Below, in pieces: positions 28,549-38,364 of a stretch of 64,000 nucleotides of DNA (positions are counted from its first letter, which is position 1; the number at the start of each line of letters is the position of its first letter). A program made the position numbers and the translations under genes. The notes under the pieces were generated by a model. It saw nothing but the letters and a program-made list of their open reading frames with translations, had not been told where the DNA came from and searched no databases. Origin of the DNA: an uncultured bacterium (GTDB lineage: Bacteria > Cyanobacteriota > Vampirovibrionia > Gastranaerophilales > Gastranaerophilaceae); assembly GCA_949294335.1 (NCBI GenBank), contig CASFGO010000011.1, positions 39,670 to 103,669 on the forward strand. Direction: 5' to 3'.

Positions 28549-29775
28549 ATGATAAAAAAACAAGGTTTCATTTTCATATTAACAATATTGATATTATTTA
28601 TTGCCAATCAATTATTTGTAGGCTTTTTATCAGGACCACCAAGTCTTAATCCTGATACTCTTACAAATAAAACACAAATTAAACCTCAAAAATTATTTGA
28701 AAGAACTTGGAAAGAGATAAATTCAGGTTTTTATGATTCAACTTTAAATTCTCAAGATTGGTCATACTGGAAAAAACATTATAAAGGTAAAATAAAAACA
28801 GATGAAGATGCAAAAGTTGCAATAGATACGATGATTGCAAGTTTAGATGATGATTATTCTAAATACCTAAATAAAAAAGAATATGCAGACCAAAATAGTT
28901 CTATAGAATCTAAAATTTCTGGTATCGGAGTAAACATAATGAACGATGCGGGAAAAATAATAGTATTCAGTGTTTTGGATAATACTCCCGCAAAAGAGGC
29001 AGGAATTAAAGCAAACGATATAATAATTAAAGTTGATGGTAAAAATGTTAGTGGAATGAATATTGCAGATGTTGCAAGCATAGTTCGCGGCAAAGAAGGC
29101 TCAACTGTTACTCTTGAAATTCAAAGAAAAAACAAAAAGATTATAAAATCTGTGAAAAGAAAATCAATAAAAATTGAATCTGTTAAATCTTCTGTAAAAA
29201 AAGATATTGGATACATACAAATATCAAGCTTTATCGCAACATCAACACCAACTGAATTTCTAACAGCGTTAGAAAAAACAAAAGATACTAAAGGGCTAAT
29301 ACTAGACTTAAGAGGAAACACAGGAGGCTTATTAGCAAATGCTATTTTTGTTGCTAATATGTTTTTAGACAAAGGAACAATAGTTAATATAGTGTCAAGA
29401 GATGGTAAAATTGAAAACATCAAAGCTCAAAACAGTTCAATTATAATTGATAAGCCTGTTGTCATATTAGTAGATGGAGCAAGTGCAAGTGCTAGTGAAA
29501 TTTTATCAGGAGCATTAAAAGACCATCATAAAGCTGTCCTTGTAGGAACAAAAACATTTGGTAAAGGAATGGTGCAAAGAATTATACCATTACCAAATTC
29601 AACAGGTTTAAATCTTACAATAGCAAAATATTTGACCCCTAATGGTTCTGATATAAATAAAAAAGGTATTACCCCTGACTACATTATTAAATATAGTGAA
29701 AAAGACTTTATTGCACATAAAGACCCTCAAAGAGAAAAAGCTGAAAAATTACTATCAGAAATGATTGTTAAATAA
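28549..29775 (+). CDS. ctpA: S41 carboxy-terminal processing peptidase with a PDZ domain
   Basis: N-terminal TM anchor, a PDZ segment (GIGVNI...VLDNTPAKEAGIKANDIIIKVDG), the catalytic context DLRGNTGG and GASASASEI...GTKTFGKG. Confidence 0.9.
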   Translation: MIKKQGFIFILTILILFIANQLFVGFLSGPPSLNPDTLTNKTQIKPQKLFERTWKEINSGFYDSTLNSQDWSYWKKHYKGKIKTDEDAKVAIDTMIASLDDDYSKYLNKKEYADQNSSIESKISGIGVNIMNDAGKIIVFSVLDNTPAKEAGIKANDIIIKVDGKNVSGMNIADVASIVRGKEGSTVTLEIQRKNKKIIKSVKRKSIKIESVKSSVKKDIGYIQISSFIATSTPTEFLTALEKTKDTKGLILDLRGNTGGLLANAIFVANMFLDKGTIVNIVSRDGKIENIKAQNSSIIIDKPVVILVDGASASASEILSGALKDHHKAVLVGTKTFGKGMVQRIIPLPNSTGLNLTIAKYLTPNGSDINKKGITPDYIIKYSEKDFIAHKDPQREKAEKLLSEMIVK

Positions 29776-29792
29776 TATGCTATAATTAACAT

Positions 29793-31451
29793 ATGAACGA
29801 ACAATTAGCTGAAACATTAAAACTGATTCCGACATTATCTGGTTGTTATATCTATTATAATAACGAAAATGAAGTTATTTATGTCGGAAAAGCTAAAAAT
29901 TTAAAAAGAAGAGTATACAGCTATTTCCATAAAAAACATGATAGTGTAAAAGTTGCTGTTCTTGTTTCACAAATTGAAAGAATGGAATATATTATCACAG
30001 ATTCTGAAGTTGAAGCCTTAATTCTAGAATCTCACTTAATAAAAAAATATAAACCAAAATACAATATCTTACTAAAGGATGATAAAAAATATCCATATTT
30101 TCTAATTACAGCAGAAGATTATCCAAGAATTACAATAGTAAGAAAAAAGAATATGAATCCAGAAAAAGGGAAATATTATGGACCATATACTGATATAAGA
30201 GCTATGCATTCTACATTGGATTTTCTAAAAAAGATATTTCCACTAAAACAATGCAAAACCCCTAAATTTTCTAATAGACCTTGTCTTTATTACCATATCG
30301 GTCGTTGTATGGCTCCTTGTCAAAATAAAATTTCATCAGAAGATTACAAAGCTCTAGTTTCTCAAGTTGAATTATTTTTAGCAGGTAGACAATCTGAACT
30401 ATTAAAAAAATTAAAAGAAGAAATGGAAAAATATGCATCAAATGAGCAGTTTGAAAAAGCCGCAAAACTAAGAGATAGTTATTTGGATTTACAAAAAACA
30501 TTAGAGCGTCAAAAAGTAGTCTTTGAGAATACTAAATTAAATCAAGACATCATCTCCACAATCCATGAAGATGGAATATTAGCAATTACAATTCTGTTAA
30601 TTAGAGAAGGTAGACTAATAGATAAAAAAGATTTTACATATTTTGAAGAGAATGAGGATACAACAGAATTATTCAAAACATTTTTTAGGGAATATTATTC
30701 TAATTTAATGCTAGAATTTCCTGATAAAATCGTATCAAATGACTTAGAAAATATTGGAGAAAAAGAGCTCTATCAAGAATGGTTAAAAATATTATCAGGT
30801 AAAAGCATAAAAATAAGTTATGGTAAAACCCAACGAGGGAAAGAGTTAACGGAACTTGCGCATAAAAATGCTAAAAATTTATTAGAAACCGCAAAAATAA
30901 AAAAACTTACAAGCATAAGAAATGATTTTAATGAAGTTGGCTCATATCTAATGGAAAAACTTAAGCTAAGAACTTTTCCTCACAGAATTGAATGTTATGA
31001 TATATCCCATATTCAAGGTACAAATACAGTTGCATCAATGGTTGTATTTGAAAATGGGCAATCAAAAAAATCTGAATATCGCCGTTTTAAAATTAAAATA
31101 ACAGAAGGGAAACCAGATGATTTTCTTTCAATGAAAGAAGTTTTATCAAGAAGACTTGCTCGTATGGGAGAACCTAAATGGGCTAAACCTAATCTTATTA
31201 TTATTGATGGGGGGAAAGGACAGTTATCTTCAGTTATGGAAATAGTTGAAGAAATTGGAATGAATGATATTGATTTTGTTTCATTAGCAAAAAGAGAAGA
31301 AGAAGTATTTTTACCTCATCAATCAGAATCTATAAGGATTCCAATGGATTCAAACGTAATGTTTTTAATCCAAAGAATAAGAGATGAAGCACATAGATTT
31401 GCAATCACATACCATAGAAAATTACGTTCAAAATCTGCAATTAAAGATTAA
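29793..31451 (+). CDS. uvrC: Excinuclease ABC subunit C, apparently lacking the C-terminal (HhH)2 domain
   Basis: GIY-YIG module (GCYIYYN...VIYVGKAKNLKRRVYSYF), UVR domain (EQFEKAAKLRD) and the C-terminal endonuclease domain (YDISHIQG...IRDEAHRFAITYHRKLRSK). The ORF stops 6 aa after that last motif. Confidence 0.9.
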   Translation: MNEQLAETLKLIPTLSGCYIYYNNENEVIYVGKAKNLKRRVYSYFHKKHDSVKVAVLVSQIERMEYIITDSEVEALILESHLIKKYKPKYNILLKDDKKYPYFLITAEDYPRITIVRKKNMNPEKGKYYGPYTDIRAMHSTLDFLKKIFPLKQCKTPKFSNRPCLYYHIGRCMAPCQNKISSEDYKALVSQVELFLAGRQSELLKKLKEEMEKYASNEQFEKAAKLRDSYLDLQKTLERQKVVFENTKLNQDIISTIHEDGILAITILLIREGRLIDKKDFTYFEENEDTTELFKTFFREYYSNLMLEFPDKIVSNDLENIGEKELYQEWLKILSGKSIKISYGKTQRGKELTELAHKNAKNLLETAKIKKLTSIRNDFNEVGSYLMEKLKLRTFPHRIECYDISHIQGTNTVASMVVFENGQSKKSEYRRFKIKITEGKPDDFLSMKEVLSRRLARMGEPKWAKPNLIIIDGGKGQLSSVMEIVEEIGMNDIDFVSLAKREEEVFLPHQSESIRIPMDSNVMFLIQRIRDEAHRFAITYHRKLRSKSAIKD

Positions 31452-32473
31452 TTATCATTGATTATAGAATCAATACCAGTATCTTCCCAATTAAACATTT
31501 TTGTATTCGCATAATTCAATAAATTAAAAGGTGTTAAATTATCTAAATCTTCAAAAGCTTTTGTATAATTATTTTTATTAGAATCCATTAACAGATATGG
31601 TATTTTAGCATCTTTTGCAAGATTTTCTACTTTTGGATCATATGATATAGCCAATGTTTTTATTCCATATTTTAAACCTAATAAACAAGCATGAAATCTC
31701 ATAGCAATTAAATAATCATACTCAGAAACTCTTTGAATTATCTGCTCATTTGTTAGATTTTGAATTAATTTAACATTAGCAGTAGGATTCTTTTTCTTCA
31801 ATTTATTTATGAAAACTTGTGATATTCCAACATCTTCTGAGTCTTGGAAAGAAATCAATTCAATTTCTCTATCACTAAATTTCAAAGCAATTTGTTTTAT
31901 AATTTCATCAAATAATTCATCTGTTAAAGTATGGAATTTTCTTAATTGAATACCTATTTTTCTAGTTTTGTGACGTTGTGGTAATTGTAAGTCAAAGATT
32001 GGATCACAAACTAACTTAGCCTGTTTAATTCCCCAACTTTTCAAAAGTTCTAAACTTTTTTCATCACGAACAGATATATATTTACATTTTTTTAATGCTC
32101 TTTTTGCAATAAATTTACCCCAAAAGCCATTTATTGGACCAATACCTTGAGCAAATATAATTACATCTTTTTTTAAAGATGCAAACATAAATATCAAACC
32201 GCAATAATACAATAAACTTTTATTACTTGTTACATTTTGAAGTAAACTTCCACCTCCAGATATTAAAACATCAAAATCATTTAATTTTTTCATTATTAAT
32301 TCAGGATTAAAAGAATTTATAGCATTTACTTTATGCATACTTGCAGTTTTCTTTGGATTAGCAGATAAAACAGTTATCTCATTACCTTTTAAATGAGATA
32401 ATAAAACACTTAAAATTGCTTCATCACCGTAATTATCAAACCCATAATATCCTGAAATTAATATTTTTTTCAT
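31448..32473 (-). CDS. csaB: Polysaccharide pyruvyl transferase CsaB
   Basis: N-terminal ILISGYYGFDNYGDEAIL is the characteristic CsaB/PS_pyruv_trans start. 341 aa. Confidence 0.75.
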   Translation of the reverse strand: MKKILISGYYGFDNYGDEAILSVLLSHLKGNEITVLSANPKKTASMHKVNAINSFNPELIMKKLNDFDVLISGGGSLLQNVTSNKSLLYYCGLIFMFASLKKDVIIFAQGIGPINGFWGKFIAKRALKKCKYISVRDEKSLELLKSWGIKQAKLVCDPIFDLQLPQRHKTRKIGIQLRKFHTLTDELFDEIIKQIALKFSDREIELISFQDSEDVGISQVFINKLKKKNPTANVKLIQNLTNEQIIQRVSEYDYLIAMRFHACLLGLKYGIKTLAISYDPKVENLAKDAKIPYLLMDSNKNNYTKAFEDLDNLTPFNLLNYANTKMFNWEDTGIDSIINDN

Positions 32474-33396
32474 TACAACCTCAATAATTCTTCAGATGTA
32501 GGAATATCTTTAATTTGTCCCATTCTATCTATATATATACCAGCTTGTTTTGCCGCTATCTGAGCAGCTTCTAAAGGCTTATATCCATTTGTTATTGCAG
32601 ATAAAAAACCACCATTGAATACATCACCTGCGCCCATTGTATGAATAGCTTTATGTTCATTATAGAACGGGCAAAACTCTGTATTACCATTATAGTTTAT
32701 AAAATACCCATTATCTAAATGAGATTTTACTACAATTATTTTTACACCATAGTCAGTAAAGTAATTTACAATTTTTTCTATAGATGTAAGTTCATATAAA
32801 GACTCTACATCATTTTTTAAACTCATAAATAAAACATCTATATTCTCAATTATATCTTCCAAATACTCTTTTGTATCGTAAGTTGTCATAAAAGAAGATG
32901 TATAATTAGGATCATACGCAGTTAATATATCATTAGCTTTAGCATACTCATAAACTTTTTTAACTAATTGATTTGACTGCATTGACAAAGACTGAGTTAT
33001 CCCTGTAGAATAAATCGCTCTTGTTGAATTAATATAATCTTCATTAAAATCATTTAAACTTAAATTATTACTTGCGACTTTTCTTCTATATGTAATTAAT
33101 TCATTTTTATCAGAACGACCTGACAAATATAAACCATTTTTTTCATTACATATTGCAATATTAGAAATATCAAAACCTTGTTGATTCAACTTTTCTAATA
33201 ATACATTTTTAAAATAATCATTTCCGATAGATGAAATAATGCCAACTCTTGAGCCTAATTTTTTAGCAGCTACAGCAGAAGTAATTACATCACCACCAAA
33301 AGATAAATTAAAAGTATCTGAGTTTTCAAAGCTTTGGTTTGTAGATAACTCAAGCAAACATTCTCCGATTGCAATAATATCAAGAGTTTTTTCCAT
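32473..33396 (-). CDS. kdgK: PfkB-family sugar kinase, probably 2-dehydro-3-deoxygluconokinase
   Basis: PfkB signatures FGGDVITSA and TMGAGDVFNGGF. 1-nt overlap with the upstream eda. Confidence 0.7.
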   Translation of the reverse strand: MEKTLDIIAIGECLLELSTNQSFENSDTFNLSFGGDVITSAVAAKKLGSRVGIISSIGNDYFKNVLLEKLNQQGFDISNIAICNEKNGLYLSGRSDKNELITYRRKVASNNLSLNDFNEDYINSTRAIYSTGITQSLSMQSNQLVKKVYEYAKANDILTAYDPNYTSSFMTTYDTKEYLEDIIENIDVLFMSLKNDVESLYELTSIEKIVNYFTDYGVKIIVVKSHLDNGYFINYNGNTEFCPFYNEHKAIHTMGAGDVFNGGFLSAITNGYKPLEAAQIAAKQAGIYIDRMGQIKDIPTSEELLRL

Positions 33397-34010
33397 TAAG
33401 ATAATTCCTTAATTTCATATAATATATTCTTTGCTCTTTCTGTTATTTCATTTAATGTTAAATTTTCATAAAAGTCACGTCCAACACCAACAGAAGTAGC
33501 ACCGGCTTGAATATATCCTTTAACTTCATTTAATTTTATATTCCCCATTGGCATAAGGTTTAAGAATGGCATTTGACGCATCAATTCTTCAAAGTATTGA
33601 ACGCCCCCCATTGCTGTCACTGGGAATAATTTTATTAAAGGAATTCTTGCTTTCCAAGCTGTATAAGCTTCATTAGCAGTTGATGTACCTGCAATAAAAG
33701 GAACACCTATATTTTTTGAAATCTTTACCATATTCATTTGAAATATTGGAGATGAAAAAAGAGTCGCTCCTGATTTAAAAGCTTGTGTGGCTTGAAGATT
33801 AGTAATTATACTTCCGGCACATACTACTGCTCTTTTAGAAACTCTTTCTATGACTTCATATAAAGAAGCATTCTCAATATTTATTTCTAATACTTTTATG
33901 CCACCATCTATTAATGCATTTGCAATATCTTCGGCTTTGGATGCATCATTACAACGAATAATTGGGTATATTTTTTCTTGTGATATTAATTTTATTAAAT
34001 TTCTACTCAT
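33396..34010 (-). CDS. eda: KDPG / KHG aldolase
   Basis: IYPIIRCND...GIKVLEI...IKLFPV (Schiff-base Lys context)...GVG. 204 aa. Confidence 0.8.
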   Translation of the reverse strand: MSRNLIKLISQEKIYPIIRCNDASKAEDIANALIDGGIKVLEINIENASLYEVIERVSKRAVVCAGSIITNLQATQAFKSGATLFSSPIFQMNMVKISKNIGVPFIAGTSTANEAYTAWKARIPLIKLFPVTAMGGVQYFEELMRQMPFLNLMPMGNIKLNEVKGYIQAGATSVGVGRDFYENLTLNEITERAKNILYEIKELS

Positions 34011-34067
34011 AATCTATCCTTTTTCTTAAATTTATTATATCATAAAAGAATAAAAAGGACTTTTTTT

Positions 34068-35999
34068 ATGAAATTTCTAAAAGCTTTAATTATATTCATA
34101 TCAATACTTATTTTTATGCTCATTGCATATTCTATATCTAATAATTTCTTTGAACCTAAAGCTTTTAATTTTATGGTAAAAAACTTTACAGCTACTCAAC
34201 CTGCAAGAGAAGATACTGTTATTATAGTAATTGATGATAAATCTATTGGAAAGTATCGTTGGCCTTGGAAAAGAGAATTATATTGTAAAATTTTTGATTA
34301 CCTTAATGAATATGCTCAACCGACTGCGATAGTTAGCGATTCTATTTTTGTAACCCCAGATATTGATAATCCTCAATCGGATATTAAATATTTTAATTCT
34401 ATAAAGAGAACTTACAATCTTATATCAGGTTTCGATTTATTAATCAATCCAAGAACCGAAAAATCTAAAGAATATGATAGAAAATTTGATAAAAAATTTA
34501 AACTAGATATAAAAGATAAAAGAACTACTAAATCTGAAAACTACTACAAAGAAATTTTGCCATTCCCTGAATCATATTTTAATTCTATAAGAATGGTAGG
34601 TTCTGTAAAAACTCCTGTTAGTAAAGACAGCTTTTTAAGAAGTATTCCGTATGTTATTCAATATGATGATAAATTATATCAATCATTAGCATTAAGAACA
34701 TATTCCTTTCTACATGGGGATGAAGGATATATTGTTTATGATGACTATATCGTAGGTGAAAATTCTGAAATTAAAATTCCAAGGAATAATGATTTTGGGG
34801 GAATATATTCTTTAATTAAATATTATAAAAGATATGGAAGTACAAATTACTCTCATAAAACATATTCTGCTGTTGATATAATGGAATCATATGATCAAGT
34901 AAAATCCGGTCAAAAACCAATTATCAATCCAAAAGAATTTGAAAACAAAATCGTATTTGTTGGTGCAAATGTTAAAGCAGCAGCAACAGGATTATCAGAT
35001 ATTCAAAGAACTCCAGTTAGTAATGAACATTCGGGAGTAGATGTTCAAGCGACAGTTTTAGACAACTTATTATCAGAAGATTTCATGACTCAAATAGATG
35101 CAGGGAAAAATTTTCTAATTACATTTGCTTTAATGATTATTGCATATTTATTAATTAGAAATTTTTCTGTATTTGCATCTGCTACATTGATATTATTAAT
35201 TACGATTACTTACCTTTTAATATGCTCTAATTGTTTCTATAATGGAATTGCTATTAGTGTTATTACTCCAATTTCTTTGGAATTAATAACGATGATTTTT
35301 GCTTATTCACATAGATTTATTTTAGAAGGTAAAAACAAAGAAAAAATAAAAACTGCTATGGGTAAGTATATCTCTGAAGATATAATGAAAAGTGTTGTTA
35401 AAAACATTGATGAATTAAAACTTGGAGGTAAAAAAGCGAATGTAACAGTTTTATTTTCTGATATTAGAGGTTTTACATCTATCAGTGAAAAATTGTCTGC
35501 AGATGAAGTTTCTGTAATTTTAAACGAATATTTTACAGAAATGGAACCTATTGTAACCAAGCATCATGGAGTTATAAATAAGTTTATTGGTGATGCGGTA
35601 ATGGTTATATTTGGAGAGCCAATTCAAGATGAAAATCATCCTGTTAATGCAATAAGATGTGCCGCAGAAATGCTTGAAAAAGTTAATGAATTACAACAAA
35701 AATGGTTAAGCGAAGGGAAACCTAAAATTGAAATCGGAGTAGGTATAAACACAGGCGAGGCTTTCGTTGGAAATATTGGTTCTGAAAAAAGAATGGAATA
35801 TACCGTAATAGGTGATATGGTAAACTTAGCAAGCAGAATTGAAAGTTACAACAAAACATATAAAACAAACTTTTTAATCAGCAGTTCCACTTATGCTTGC
35901 GTTAAAAATATTGTAGATGTAATAAAAATTTCTAATGTTACAATTAGAGGTAAATCTAAGAAAATGGACTTGTATGAGGTTATCAGTCTAATTGGATAG
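34068..35999 (+). CDS. CHASE2 sensor-domain membrane adenylate/guanylate cyclase (class III)
   Basis: N-terminal TM segment, a roughly 300-aa extracytoplasmic CHASE2-like region (VIIVIDDKSI...RWPW), three TM segments, then the cyclase domain (VTVLFSDIRGFT...KFIGDAVMVIFG...GINTGEAFVGNIGS...YTVIGDMVNLASR). Confidence 0.85.
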   Translation: MKFLKALIIFISILIFMLIAYSISNNFFEPKAFNFMVKNFTATQPAREDTVIIVIDDKSIGKYRWPWKRELYCKIFDYLNEYAQPTAIVSDSIFVTPDIDNPQSDIKYFNSIKRTYNLISGFDLLINPRTEKSKEYDRKFDKKFKLDIKDKRTTKSENYYKEILPFPESYFNSIRMVGSVKTPVSKDSFLRSIPYVIQYDDKLYQSLALRTYSFLHGDEGYIVYDDYIVGENSEIKIPRNNDFGGIYSLIKYYKRYGSTNYSHKTYSAVDIMESYDQVKSGQKPIINPKEFENKIVFVGANVKAAATGLSDIQRTPVSNEHSGVDVQATVLDNLLSEDFMTQIDAGKNFLITFALMIIAYLLIRNFSVFASATLILLITITYLLICSNCFYNGIAISVITPISLELITMIFAYSHRFILEGKNKEKIKTAMGKYISEDIMKSVVKNIDELKLGGKKANVTVLFSDIRGFTSISEKLSADEVSVILNEYFTEMEPIVTKHHGVINKFIGDAVMVIFGEPIQDENHPVNAIRCAAEMLEKVNELQQKWLSEGKPKIEIGVGINTGEAFVGNIGSEKRMEYTVIGDMVNLASRIESYNKTYKTNFLISSSTYACVKNIVDVIKISNVTIRGKSKKMDLYEVISLIG

Positions 36000-38364
36000 T
36001 AATGTTGAACAAATCAAAAAAGCTATTGAGATAGAAGCTAAGTATAAATATATTGATATTAGAGGAAAAACAAAATGTTTTTCTAGTTTTATACGTAGCG
36101 AGATTAGAAAATTCATCAAAACATCTTCTATACCGGAAAGGTGGAAATTTGTTTTAGCTCATTTTGAACAATATTCAATGGATACAATGCCGCAAAGGAA
36201 AAAGTCTATCGAATATCTAATAAATGCAATTAAAACAGAATTAAAACAACAAGAAGAAGATAAAAAACAAATAGATGCAAAACTAAATCCTTTTTCATCA
36301 GTTACTTATGTTAAAGGTGTTGGTCCTAAGGTTGCAGCAATATTAAATAAACTAGGAATTTTTACAGCAAGTGATTTACTATTTTATTTACCAAGAAAAC
36401 ATATTGACTATTCCAAAAGGACTTTAATCAAAAATTTAGTCGAAGGCGAAAATACTACAGTCTTTGGCTATATAAAAAGAGTTGAAGCCTTTACCACTCC
36501 AAAAGGTTTAGGGGTTGTAAAAGTCAAAATACAGGATGAAACCGGTAGTTTTATTTTAAATTTCTTCAATAAAAGTAATAAATATGCCCTTGAAAGAACT
36601 AAAAAACAATTCCCACAAGGCGCAGGAATAATTATTTCGGGAACTGTTAAAATAAATAACTATGATTATTCAAAAACACTTGAAAATGTTAGTTATTCAA
36701 TAATGTCAGAAGATTTTCTAACAAAGACCGATTTGAACATCGGAAGAATTGTTCCTGTTTACTCACTTTGTGAGAATATGAATTTAAAAACATTACGTAA
36801 GGCAATATATAATGCAATTCAACTTTATAAATCAAGTATTGTTAATGTTATTCCAGATTATCTAATAAAAAAATATGATTTATTGAATAAAAGTGTTGCA
36901 ATAGAACAAATACATTTCCCTGATAGTATGGAAATGTTAGAAAAAGCTAGATATACATTAGTTTTTGAAGAATTCTTTTTAATTCAACTAAAACTTGCAA
37001 TGATTAGAGAACGTAATAGAATTGAAAATAAATCAATTCCACTAAAAATAAAATCTGATGGGTTAGTAAATAAATTTATAAAGCAGTTACCATTTGAATT
37101 AACTAATGCTCAAAAAAAGGCTGTGGATGATATCTTATCGGATATGAATTCAGAAGAGCCAATGCAAAGGTTATTACAAGGTGACGTGGGCTCAGGAAAA
37201 ACAGTTGTTGCTTGTATTATGTTATTAGCAGCCATCGAAAACGGTTATCAAGGTGCAATAATGGCACCTACTGAAATACTTGCACAACAACATTATAATA
37301 ACTTTGTAAATTGGTTAACACCATTAGGCTTGAGCGTTGGATTATTTATTGGAAGCATAGGTAAAAAACAACGAGAATTATCAGAAGTATCATTAAGAAA
37401 TGGGCAATTAGATATTGCTGTTGGAACTCAAGCATTAATACAAGAAAATATAGATTTTGCTAACCTAGGGGCAGTTGTAATAGATGAACAACATAGATTT
37501 GGTGTAAAACAAAGATTATCGTTAAGAAAAAAAGGAGAAAACCCACAAATTCTTACGATGACAGCAACTCCAATACCTAGAACACTTGCGATTACAATGA
37601 ATGGTGATTTAGATTTAACCATTATTAATGAACTTCCAAAAGGCAGAAAACCTATTATAACAAAAATGGGAGTTCCTAAAAAACAAATTTATGACTTAAT
37701 TGAAATGGAAGTTAAAGCAGGACATCAAGCTTATGTAGTTTATCCTCTAATTGAGGAAAGTGAAACACTAGCCGCTAAAGCTGCAACTGTTGAAGCAGAA
37801 AAATTACAAAATAGTGTATTCCCACATCTTAAGATTGGTTTATTGCATGGAAAAATGAAAAACTCTGAAAAAGATGAAGTAATGGCAAAATTTAAAAACA
37901 AAGAATACGATATTTTAGTTTCAACAACAGTTGTAGAAGTTGGAGTAGATGTTCCAAATGCAACAGTTATTGTTATAGAAAATGCTGAACGTTTCGGTCT
38001 ACCTCAGTTACACCAATTAAGAGGTCGAGTTGGAAGATGTAATTTACAGTCATATTGTATAATTTCAACTTCGTCAAGATCACAAGAAACAAGAAATAGA
38101 TTATCTATAATGACAGAAACAAATGATGGTTTTGTTATAGCAGAAAAAGATTTGCAACTAAGAGGACCAGGAGAATTTTTAGGTGTAAGGCAAAGTGGGC
38201 TTCCTGATTTAATAATCTCTGATATCGTAAAAGATTCTAAGATTCTTGAACTTGCAAGAAATGAGGCTATAAAATTTGTTGCGGATAACCAATTAGATGA
38301 TTACCCGCAACTTAAAGAAACCACTACATTAACCCTTGATGGAACCTTACTTTTAGGCAGCTGA
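35992..38364 (+). CDS. recG: ATP-dependent DNA helicase RecG with a roughly 97-aa N-terminal extension
   Basis: Wedge-domain start VKGVGPKVAAILNKLGIFTASDLLFYLPRKHIDY at about residue 100. Helicase motifs GDVGSGKT, DEQHRFG, TATPIPRT and QLHQLRGRVGR. The TTG start at 35992 is uncertain. Confidence 0.9.
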   Translation: MDSNVEQIKKAIEIEAKYKYIDIRGKTKCFSSFIRSEIRKFIKTSSIPERWKFVLAHFEQYSMDTMPQRKKSIEYLINAIKTELKQQEEDKKQIDAKLNPFSSVTYVKGVGPKVAAILNKLGIFTASDLLFYLPRKHIDYSKRTLIKNLVEGENTTVFGYIKRVEAFTTPKGLGVVKVKIQDETGSFILNFFNKSNKYALERTKKQFPQGAGIIISGTVKINNYDYSKTLENVSYSIMSEDFLTKTDLNIGRIVPVYSLCENMNLKTLRKAIYNAIQLYKSSIVNVIPDYLIKKYDLLNKSVAIEQIHFPDSMEMLEKARYTLVFEEFFLIQLKLAMIRERNRIENKSIPLKIKSDGLVNKFIKQLPFELTNAQKKAVDDILSDMNSEEPMQRLLQGDVGSGKTVVACIMLLAAIENGYQGAIMAPTEILAQQHYNNFVNWLTPLGLSVGLFIGSIGKKQRELSEVSLRNGQLDIAVGTQALIQENIDFANLGAVVIDEQHRFGVKQRLSLRKKGENPQILTMTATPIPRTLAITMNGDLDLTIINELPKGRKPIITKMGVPKKQIYDLIEMEVKAGHQAYVVYPLIEESETLAAKAATVEAEKLQNSVFPHLKIGLLHGKMKNSEKDEVMAKFKNKEYDILVSTTVVEVGVDVPNATVIVIENAERFGLPQLHQLRGRVGRCNLQSYCIISTSSRSQETRNRLSIMTETNDGFVIAEKDLQLRGPGEFLGVRQSGLPDLIISDIVKDSKILELARNEAIKFVADNQLDDYPQLKETTTLTLDGTLLLGS

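Noticed and set aside
35992-36290. The N-terminal roughly 97-aa extension of RecG as a novel fused domain
   Set aside because: Long RecG forms with N-terminal extensions are common in some lineages, cyanobacteria for example. The start is also uncertain (TTG overlapping the cyclase stop), so part of the extension may not be translated. I saw no motif in it.
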